From the NCBI GenBank assembly GCA_030603885.1, contig JAUVWW010000004.1, forward strand, positions 70,464-102,463: a DNA stretch of 32,000 nt, given 5' to 3'. Every line of letters begins with the position of its first letter. Position 1 is the stretch's first letter. Made by a program: the position numbers and the translations under genes. This document shows positions 1 to 6,510 of this stretch, in pieces. The DNA comes from a bacterium (GTDB taxonomy: Bacteria; Patescibacteriota; JABMPQ01; JAUVWW01). The notes under the pieces are model-generated. The model was not told the origin of the DNA. It was given only the letters and a program-made list of their open reading frames with translations, and searched no databases.

Positions 1-1
1 T

Positions 2-1162
2 GGACAGCTTAAAGAAAAAATAGAAGCTCCTGGACCTCTTCGTCTTGTAAGCCCCCGTTGGTATATGAGGGATGCCAATTGGTTTTTAGATTTCCCTCAG
101 TCCGCTGAAAAGATAATGTGGTTTTATGAAAGATCAGGAGGGGCTACCGTGGATGGAATTATTGCTTTACCAGCTACTTTAATACCAAAGATGTTGGAAA
201 TTACTGGGCCTATTGAAATGCCAGAATATAATGTAACTATTACCCCGGAGAACTTTTTTGAAAATACCCAGTACCAAGTAGAAGTAGCTTATGACAAAGA
301 AGAAAATAAACCTAAGAAATTTATTGCTGATCTTTTTCCCAAGCTGCTTGAAAGATTAACCAATTTAGATCAAGAGAGGAAAATAAAATTGGGTGATACT
401 TTCATTAGCATGCTTGATCAGAAAGATATTCTACTTTATTTTAAAGATCCTAAATTAGAGAAACTGATTTTAGATTTAGGCTTTGGAGGAGAGGTCAAGC
501 ATCCTCAAGGAGATTATTTAGCTGTGGTTACTTTGAACATTGGAGGAGGAAAAACAGATCATGTGGTTAAGCAAGAGATATTTCACCGGGCTGAGATTAA
601 GCCAGATGGTACTATCATAGTGACTCTAGATATATCTAGAGATCATCAAGGAGATCCCAATAATATGTGGGAAAAAATTAAAAATACTTCTTATATTAAA
701 GTTTATGTGCCTAAAGGATCTAAGTTACTTGAAGCAGATGGCTTTGATTCCTGGTATTATGATGCTATTCCTCAATTTGCTGATCTTGAGGTAGATAAAG
801 ATTTGGCTGAAATTTATTCTTCTAGAATGATTCATGGGTCTTCAAATACAGAAATATTCGAAGAACAAAATAAGACAGTTTTTGCTAATTGGCTGGGAGT
901 CGAGGCAGGACAGAAAAAAATAGTTCAGCTAAAGTATGAATTACCTTTTAAACTAAATCAAAATATATCTACTTATTCTCTCTTTATTCAAAAACAGCCA
1001 GGGACAACTTCTGAGGTCACAAGTTCCTTGTTTTATTCTCCTAATTTGAAAGTAGTTTGGCATTATTCCACAGATAATTTGGTCAAGATGAGAAGTGGAA
1101 ATGTGGAATATGAGGCTATTTTAGAAAAGGATAGGATGTATGCTGTGGTACTTACCAAATAG
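2..1162 (+). CDS. DUF4012-family envelope protein, C-terminal part (5' end outside window)
   Basis: The frame of the 65..1162 ORF stays open back to nt 2 (GQLKEKIEAPGPLRLVSPRWY precedes the listed Met), so the window edge cuts the gene. The RDANWFLDFPQSAEK...VDGIIALPATLIPKMLEITGPIEMPEY block matches my memory of DUF4012 proteins. Confidence 0.6.
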   Translation, partial: GQLKEKIEAPGPLRLVSPRWYMRDANWFLDFPQSAEKIMWFYERSGGATVDGIIALPATLIPKMLEITGPIEMPEYNVTITPENFFENTQYQVEVAYDKEENKPKKFIADLFPKLLERLTNLDQERKIKLGDTFISMLDQKDILLYFKDPKLEKLILDLGFGGEVKHPQGDYLAVVTLNIGGGKTDHVVKQEIFHRAEIKPDGTIIVTLDISRDHQGDPNNMWEKIKNTSYIKVYVPKGSKLLEADGFDSWYYDAIPQFADLEVDKDLAEIYSSRMIHGSSNTEIFEEQNKTVFANWLGVEAGQKKIVQLKYELPFKLNQNISTYSLFIQKQPGTTSEVTSSLFYSPNLKVVWHYSTDNLVKMRSGNVEYEAILEKDRMYAVVLTK

Positions 1163-2733
1163 TGATGCTCAAATCTTTTTTCTCAGATCACAAAAAAACT
1201 ATCTTTTCTGCCGCAGTGACTGTGGGCTTTTTTTCTTTGGCATCTAGAGCCTTGGGTCTTTTCCGTGATAGGCTTCTTGCCTCTACTTTTGGGGCAGGGG
1301 AGACTTTAGATACATATTACGCTGCCTTTAGAATTCCAGATTTGATTTTTAATTTATTGGTTTTGGGAGCTTTGTCTGCTGCTTTTATTCCTGTCTTTTG
1401 TGAATATTTAACCAAATACAAAAAAGAAGGAGCTTTTAGGCTAGCTAATTCCATGCTAAATTTGTTAGCTCTGGCTATTCTATTTGCGTCATGTGCCATT
1501 TTTATTTTTGCTAAACCTTTAATGTCCGCTATTGCCCCTGGGTTTTCAGACAGCCAAAAACAATTAACCGCGCAGCTTACTAGAATAATGCTTATTTCTC
1601 CTTTATTTTTCGGTATCTCTAATATATTTTCTGGAATTCTTAATTCTTTTAAAAGATTTTTAGTATATTCAATAGCCCCTTGTCTGTATAATTTTGGAAT
1701 TATTTTGGGAGTGATAGTTTTTGCTCCTTGGTTAGGAATAAAAGGCGTAGCTTTAGGTGTGGTTTTAGGCGCCTTTTTACATATGGCTATTCAAGCTCCT
1801 AATGTTTTTAGGTTAGGCTTTAGATATAAACCCATCCTTTCTTTAAAAGAAAAGGGGATAAGAACTGTAGCCAAATTAATGGTCCCAAGAACGATAGGCT
1901 TGGCAGCTCAGCAAATAAATCTTTGGGTTATAACTATTATTGCTTCTATGCTGACTGTTGGCTCTGTAGCTGTTTTTAACTTAGCTAATAACCTTCAGTA
2001 TTTTCCCATTGGGATCTTTGGCGTTGCTTTTGCTACGGCTGCTTTTCCTCATCTCTCTTTGGCTGCCTCAAGAAATAATATAAAGGAGTTCAAAATTAGA
2101 TTTTCTCAGACATTTAGACAGATTTTATTTTTCATTGTTCCAGTATCCGGCGCCATGCTTTTGCTTCGAGCTCAAATTGTCAGGTTGATTTTAGGAACAG
2201 GAAAATTTGATTGGGAAGATACAGTTTTGACTTATAAATGCCTTGGTTATTTTTGTTTAGGCATTTTTGCCTTGGGCTTGGTTCCTCTTTTGGCTAAAGC
2301 TTTTTATTCTCTAAAAGATACAAGGACCCCAGTTGTAATAAGTCTTTTGACTATGGGAGTTAATGTGGGGCTGAGTATATGGCTATCTAGGGTTTTAGAA
2401 GTGGCTGGTCTGGCTTTGGCCTTTGCCCTGGCAGGTATTTTAAATTTGCTTTTACTTCTTTTAATTTTAAGAAAGAGGATGGGAGATCTTGAGGACCAAA
2501 AAACGCTTTCCACCACTTTAAAAATAATAGGAGCTACTGTAGTTATGGGATTAGCCATTCAAGGTTCAAAATATCTAATTGCTCCCTGGGTGAATATGCA
2601 GACAGGAGTCGGAGTTCTAGCTCAAACTCTGGGAGCAGCTTTGGCTGGGCTTTTGGTTTATTTAGGATTAGGATTTTTACTGAAAGTTGATGAAGTAAAA
2701 GTGGTTAAAAAGTTTTTGCCGTGGAGAAGATAG
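1162..2733 (+). CDS. murJ: Lipid II flippase MurJ (MviN family)
   Basis: 523 aa and polytopic. N-terminus SRALGLFRDRLLASTFGAGETLDTYYAAFRIPDLIFNLLVLGALSAAFIPVF is the classic MurJ signature. GTG at 1162 overlaps the upstream stop; ATG at 1165 is an alternative start. Confidence 0.9.
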   Translation: MMLKSFFSDHKKTIFSAAVTVGFFSLASRALGLFRDRLLASTFGAGETLDTYYAAFRIPDLIFNLLVLGALSAAFIPVFCEYLTKYKKEGAFRLANSMLNLLALAILFASCAIFIFAKPLMSAIAPGFSDSQKQLTAQLTRIMLISPLFFGISNIFSGILNSFKRFLVYSIAPCLYNFGIILGVIVFAPWLGIKGVALGVVLGAFLHMAIQAPNVFRLGFRYKPILSLKEKGIRTVAKLMVPRTIGLAAQQINLWVITIIASMLTVGSVAVFNLANNLQYFPIGIFGVAFATAAFPHLSLAASRNNIKEFKIRFSQTFRQILFFIVPVSGAMLLLRAQIVRLILGTGKFDWEDTVLTYKCLGYFCLGIFALGLVPLLAKAFYSLKDTRTPVVISLLTMGVNVGLSIWLSRVLEVAGLALAFALAGILNLLLLLLILRKRMGDLEDQKTLSTTLKIIGATVVMGLAIQGSKYLIAPWVNMQTGVGVLAQTLGAALAGLLVYLGLGFLLKVDEVKVVKKFLPWRR

Positions 2734-2754
2734 TTAGTTTCTTACCTAAAAATC

Positions 2755-2958
2755 ATGGCTAGACAAACAAGAGAAGCTGAAATTCGCAGGCGACGGAAAA
2801 GAAAAGAAAAACTTGAAAAGCTTAGAAAAAAATACCAAGAAGCAAAAGCTGAAGAAGAAAAGAGAAAAATTCTGGAGAAGGTTTCCAAAATTGCTCCTTG
2901 GCTTTCCCAAGAGGAGTTTTTAGCTACCATAAGGAAAGTCGAGGAGAAAAAATCTTGA
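2755..2958 (+). CDS. Small Lys/Arg/Glu-rich hypothetical protein (67 aa)
   Basis: ORF MARQTREAEIRRRRKRKEKLEKLRKKYQEAK...KIAPWLSQEEF resembles small basic proteins seen in Actinobacteria and CPR. No clear SD. The antisense ORF looks like a low-complexity shadow. Confidence 0.45.
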   Translation: MARQTREAEIRRRRKRKEKLEKLRKKYQEAKAEEEKRKILEKVSKIAPWLSQEEFLATIRKVEEKKS

Positions 2959-3050
2959 TATCACCGTGGGTAAACTTTCTTGATTTTGGAAATGTAATAT
3001 TATGTAGTGATATTTTGCTTATTTTAAGATAAATAACAGTTAAATTAGAA

Positions 3051-3076
3051 AAGCAGACCTTTTATTAGGCCTGCTT
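3051..3076 (-). terminator. Hairpin terminator at the distal end of the minus-strand cassette block
   Basis: aagcagacc/ggcctgctt stem with one mismatch and an 8-nt loop. Read on the minus strand it is followed by ttttct. The stem arms match those of the plus-strand terminator at 30282-30307. Confidence 0.45.
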
Positions 3077-3089
3077 GTTAAATTAGTTC

Positions 3090-3177
3090 GTCTAACATTG
3101 GGCTTATGAGAGGTTTGGCGTAGCCAAATTTGGGAAAATGCCGAGTTGAGGCATTTTCCTCATAAGCCCTGTTATGT
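3090..3177 (-). repeat. attC-like recombination site A (downstream of the nucleotidyltransferase ORF)
   Basis: Plus strand: GTCTAAC(3090-3096)-att-gggcttatgag(3100-3110)...ctcataagccc(3159-3169)-t-GTTATGT(3171-3177). On the minus strand this reads ACATAAC...GTTAGAC, matching RYYYAAC...GTTRRRY. Asymmetric unpaired spacer, branched centre, conserved aatttggg at 3127-3134. Confidence 0.6.
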
Positions 3178-3254
3178 GCCCTGACGACTGAAAGGAGGAA
3201 AGCGCAGCGTGGTTCGAACGACTGAAAGGAGTGAGGAAGTCGGGCGGAGGTGGT
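3178..3254. repeat. GC-rich conserved module, copy 1 (between ORF stop and attC-like site A)
   Basis: Shares gaaagcgcagcgt (3198-3210 = 5096-5108), agtgagKgaag and gcRgaggtg blocks with 5077-5163. Contains the internal direct repeat acgactgaaaggag at 3184-3197 and 3218-3231. Much more GC-rich than its surroundings. Confidence 0.5.
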
Positions 3255-4046
3255 CTATCTAATCTTGTTTATTAGATCCATCATATATTTAGAAAATTTC
3301 AAAAGCACTTTTTTATTCCAACTAGTTTCTTTAATTTCTCTCCTCTGAGAAGCTAAAGCATTTTGAATCAGTTCATTAAAATCTGGAATTTTTTTTAATC
3401 CCCAAACCCCTGCTTCATCTTTTGAAGAAACAACTTTCTCTTTTAAATAATAAAAAACTCTGCAAAGATTGAGAATAGCATAAACGGAATCTTTTTGGAT
3501 TGTTTCTTCAATATCTTCTAAATCATAAAGAATGGAGCGGATGTAATACTTTTCTGGAATTTTGTAAAAAACTTCTTTGGTTGGTTTACCATAAATACAA
3601 ATTCCTCTATGAATAGTCACGGTAATGTGAGCCGCTAAATCGGGATCTCTATTTTCTTTTGTATAATCAACTTTGTCTGTTTCATAATCCTGTTTCCAGT
3701 CTTTTGAGTAGTGTAATTCAAAAGGTGTTGGATAAACAAAATCTTTAAGGTATTTTTGTAGAATCACGCTGAATTCAAATTCTTTGCCAGGCAAATGTTC
3801 AGATTTTGAAATATCTAAAATTATTTTAATCAATTTCTTTTTTGTTTCAACTTCTAGTTTATTTTGAACAACCACTAGAAAATCAATATCCCCGGTTTGG
3901 GGATTAAAGCAATCCATTGCTAATGATCCATGTAAATAAATTCCTACTAAATTATCCTGTAGAATGCTTCTGAAATTTTCCACAATCTTGTCTAACAGTT
4001 CTTTGATTTCTTTTGGACAATTCTTATAGCCATAATTTGATATCAT
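3255..4046 (-). CDS. Aminoglycoside nucleotidyltransferase-like protein (AadA/ANT(3'')-ANT(9) type, NTase domain plus DUF4111-like C-terminus)
   Basis: 263 aa, the same size as AadA. NTase motif GIYLHGSLAMDCFNPQTGDIDFLVVV (GS...DxD). The C-terminal helical region is typical of adenylyltransferases. Confidence 0.7.
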   Translation of the reverse strand: MISNYGYKNCPKEIKELLDKIVENFRSILQDNLVGIYLHGSLAMDCFNPQTGDIDFLVVVQNKLEVETKKKLIKIILDISKSEHLPGKEFEFSVILQKYLKDFVYPTPFELHYSKDWKQDYETDKVDYTKENRDPDLAAHITVTIHRGICIYGKPTKEVFYKIPEKYYIRSILYDLEDIEETIQKDSVYAILNLCRVFYYLKEKVVSSKDEAGVWGLKKIPDFNELIQNALASQRREIKETSWNKKVLLKFSKYMMDLINKIR

Positions 4047-4110
4047 AATTCTAAGTTAATCTTTAGAGATAATAAATGTTTTGGATTTAAAGCCCGCCGT
4101 AGCCCAATTG

Positions 4111-4189
4111 CACATAATGTATCCGAATATCTGAAGTTGCGATAGCAATTTGGGTGGAGCGTAGCGGAACCAGATATTCGGTGTTATGT
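4111..4189 (-). repeat. attC-like recombination site B (downstream of the HAD ORF)
   Basis: cACATAAT(4112-4118)-gtat-ccgaatatctg(4123-4133)...cagatattcgg(4171-4181)-t-GTTATGT(4183-4189). The centre carries the ttgc-gata-gcaa hairpin and conserved aatttgggt (4147-4155). Confidence 0.55.
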
Positions 4190-4227
4190 GATGTAAATTT
4201 TTTATCTTTAATTTTTTCTCAAGCTAT

Positions 4228-4896
4228 TTAAATATTTTTTTGCAACTCCTTGATAATTTCATCTGGATTGTTTCCTAAAAACCACCCTTTTTTCTTTGCG
4301 AATTTTTCGATTTCTTCATTATAGCTCCTGACTAAGAAGGCCTTGTCTACTGAATCAAGCATTGGCGCATCGCCCACACTATCTCCAAACGCGATTGAAA
4401 ATACCTGATTATTTGAAATTTCACTTTTTATAACTTCTACTTTTTTATCCTCGTTAAGCAGTAGTTTGATTTTACCGGTGAACCTTTTATCTTTCAGCGC
4501 AAAGGTTGAACAGTATATCTTATCGATTTCCAATACTTCTAATGAGTCAGCAATCATTTCTTCAAACGAGGCCGAAACAACAATGTTTTTAAAATTCATT
4601 GATTTAAGATAACTTGTGACAGGTTTTACCCAACCAGAGATTTTTTTCTTATTACAGGAGATTTTAGCAAACTTCTCAAATTTTTTTTGTGGCCAGCCGA
4701 CAATAATTTCTCCGACTATTTCTGCTATCCCAGATGCAATATCATTATAGTCGGTTGTAGTTTGAAGAATATTTTTGACTTGGTTTTGAAATCTGTCGGT
4801 CTTTAAAACATTTCTTGAGACAAATTCAATAAAGTCTTCGAACGTGTAACCGTCATAAATAGTATTATCGAAATCGAAAAAAGCAATTTTTTGCAT
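4228..4896 (-). CDS. HAD-superfamily hydrolase (subfamily IB / phosphoserine-phosphatase-like)
   Basis: Motif I FFDFDNTIYDG (DxDxT) at the N-terminus and motif IV GDSVGDAPML near the C-terminus. 222 aa. Confidence 0.75.
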   Translation of the reverse strand: MQKIAFFDFDNTIYDGYTFEDFIEFVSRNVLKTDRFQNQVKNILQTTTDYNDIASGIAEIVGEIIVGWPQKKFEKFAKISCNKKKISGWVKPVTSYLKSMNFKNIVVSASFEEMIADSLEVLEIDKIYCSTFALKDKRFTGKIKLLLNEDKKVEVIKSEISNNQVFSIAFGDSVGDAPMLDSVDKAFLVRSYNEEIEKFAKKKGWFLGNNPDEIIKELQKNI

Positions 4897-4982
4897 TTAT
4901 AGTTTTGATAAAAATTATGATTAAATATATCCCTCTTATAGAAAAAACTATCTTGAGAAAAAATCTAACAAAAAATTTATTT

Positions 4983-5076
4983 CATATAACATATCGGGCT
5001 ATGAGATGTTGCGAGCGTTAGCGAGTAATTTGGGTGAGGGCGCTGCAAGGCCCGAACCTCATAGCCCGTGTTATGC
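4983..5076 (-). repeat. attC-like recombination site C (downstream of the APH-like ORF)
   Basis: cATATAAC(4984-4990)-atat-cgggctatgag(4995-5005)...ctcatagcccg(5058-5068)-t-GTTATGC(5070-5076). Conserved aatttgggt at 5027-5035. Confidence 0.55.
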
Positions 5077-5163
5077 GAGGGTGAGGACGAAATCCGAAAG
5101 CGCAGCGTCCCCAAGTGAGTGAAGCGAACGCGGCGTATGACGCAGAGGTGCCGTTCATCAATT
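5077..5163. repeat. GC-rich conserved module, copy 2 (between ORF stop and attC-like site C)
   Basis: Homologous blocks to 3178-3254: gaaagcgcagcgt at 5096-5108, agtgagtgaagcg at 5114-5126, gcagaggtgc at 5142-5151. Confidence 0.5.
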
Positions 5164-6102
5164 TTAAAAAGTGGGGCTACTATAATTTACTGTCTTTGCA
5201 ATCATTTGTTTAACTTCGTTAGAATTTGGCCATCCTAATAAGGTGTCTAAATCATGTTCAAGAGCATACAAATCTAACCTCTTATCTAAATTTTTAAATT
5301 CAAATAGTTCTGGGTAAAATTCCTGAAACCATATTAAAAGTTGAGAGTAATCTTTTTTCTTAGCAAATTTTTCAAATTCTTCAGACATATATTTTTTAGG
5401 ATAATCGACCATTCTTTTGATGATGTCTAAAATAAAATCTATAGATGACAATTCTGTCCTCTCAAAATCTAAAATTCCAACAATTTTATTTTCTTTAACA
5501 AGAATGTTATCAAAATGGGCATCCCAATAAACTAAAGCAATTTTTTGTTCAGTTAAAACATTATGATTAGCCTCTACAAAATTCTTGATTGTTTGTATAA
5601 ACTCAGGTGAAATTATTTTCTTTTCTTCAATTTTTTTTAGTGAATTTTGGATTTGTGAAAGTATTTTGTCATGCCAGTTGACTGAAGAATTTAATTTGAA
5701 CCGTTTTACAAATTTTTCATAGGATGATTTGTTTATTTTTCTTAGAATATCGCAAAGCTGTTTGATTATGTTCTTTCTTTCAGAATTGCTCATGAGGTGC
5801 CATTTTGAATACAAATTATCCCCCTGAATTTTGGGATATATCATGAAAAATTTGTCATAAATCTTTTTTGAATTGTCATATAAGATTATTTTAGGAACAG
5901 GAATTTTATCCTTAAAAAAATCATAAAAAAATACTTCTCTTTCAAATTTTTCTTCATTATCTTCGTCTTCACAGACTTTAAGAATAAACTCATCGTTAAC
6001 TGAATAAACTTCGTTTGTGAACCCAATTCCAATCTTTTTGAAAGATTTAACTTTTCCTAAATTATGCTGAATAAAAATTTGCTCTACAATTTTTTTGTCC
6101 AT
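5164..6102 (-). CDS. Aminoglycoside/choline-kinase-type phosphotransferase (APH family)
   Basis: 312 aa. Catalytic-loop-like YWDAHFDNILV followed by GILDFE (metal-binding D), comparable to HGDxHxGNIL...IDFE of APH-family kinases. The leading His is replaced by Trp. Confidence 0.65.
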   Translation of the reverse strand: MDKKIVEQIFIQHNLGKVKSFKKIGIGFTNEVYSVNDEFILKVCEDEDNEEKFEREVFFYDFFKDKIPVPKIILYDNSKKIYDKFFMIYPKIQGDNLYSKWHLMSNSERKNIIKQLCDILRKINKSSYEKFVKRFKLNSSVNWHDKILSQIQNSLKKIEEKKIISPEFIQTIKNFVEANHNVLTEQKIALVYWDAHFDNILVKENKIVGILDFERTELSSIDFILDIIKRMVDYPKKYMSEEFEKFAKKKDYSQLLIWFQEFYPELFEFKNLDKRLDLYALEHDLDTLLGWPNSNEVKQMIAKTVNYSSPTF

Positions 6103-6132
6103 ATCAAATGATAAGAGGTTAGATTGTTTATA

Positions 6133-6161
6133 AATTTAGCCCCACTTTTTGCTATCGTAAA
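6133..6161 (-). promoter_or_regulatory. Candidate promoter for the cassette block (Pc-like position)
   Basis: The minus strand reads TTTACG-17 nt-TAAATT about 30 nt upstream of the APH start codon. No SD is visible. Weak call. Confidence 0.3.
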
Positions 6162-6262
6162 GGCACACTCTCAAATGTCGTACAACAAGTATATACGAAC
6201 TTGTTGATTTTTTATTTTTAACAAGCTATTATTAATATATTAGTATGTAATCAAAGCAGTTT

Positions 6263-6424
6263 ATGAATACATCTTATAGAAGAACAACTGTTAATAGTCG
6301 AGACCCGTTGATTAATCTAAGGAGAGAATTAAGAATCAGGGGTTTTAGTAATAAAACTATTAAATCCTACCTTCTTTATAATACCAATTTCTTAAGATTT
6401 GTAAAGAAAAGTCCCGAGTTTTAA
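6263..6424 (+). pseudogene. Truncated tyrosine recombinase (N-terminal SAM-like domain only, 53 codons)
   Basis: My own translation gives MNTSYRRTTVNSRDPLINLRRELRIRGFSNKTIKSYLLYNTNFLRFVKKSPEF*. The LxxELRxRxxSxxTIKxYxxxxxxFLxF pattern is the N-terminal core-binding helix bundle of Xer/IntI-type integrases. No catalytic domain follows. It is divergent from the cassette block. Confidence 0.6.
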
Positions 6425-6510
6425 TAGATATTTTTTAAGAGAGCAATTTTTGAGAGCCTTATTAAAAGAGCTCTTTTTTGGACTAAAATTGGATTTTGAG
6501 GTAGAATAAA

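Larger units (their letters stand above)
3090..6424 (-). mobile_element. Integron-like cassette array (3 cassettes) plus integrase remnant
   Basis: Three co-oriented ORF+attC-like units, a 160-bp gap and a divergent integrase stump, inserted between plus-strand housekeeping genes. See findings. Confidence 0.55.

Noticed and set aside
1317-2558. Minus-strand ORFs 1317..1499 and 2304..2558
   Set aside because: They lie entirely antisense within the well-supported murJ gene. They are low-complexity translations with no motifs and no start context.
2742-2930. Minus-strand ORF 2742..2930 (62 aa)
   Set aside because: It is the mirror image of the Lys/Glu-rich plus-strand ORF. Its Ser/Phe-rich low-complexity product is typical of a shadow of a GAA/AAG-rich gene.
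3090-5076. Three related repeats as a possible CRISPR array or generic REP elements
   Set aside because: The repeats are about 1 kb apart and each interval holds a full ORF. They are 79-94 bp imperfect palindromes with differing arm sequences, not short identical direct repeats, and there are no cas genes. A REP/MITE origin cannot be fully excluded without the rest of the genome.
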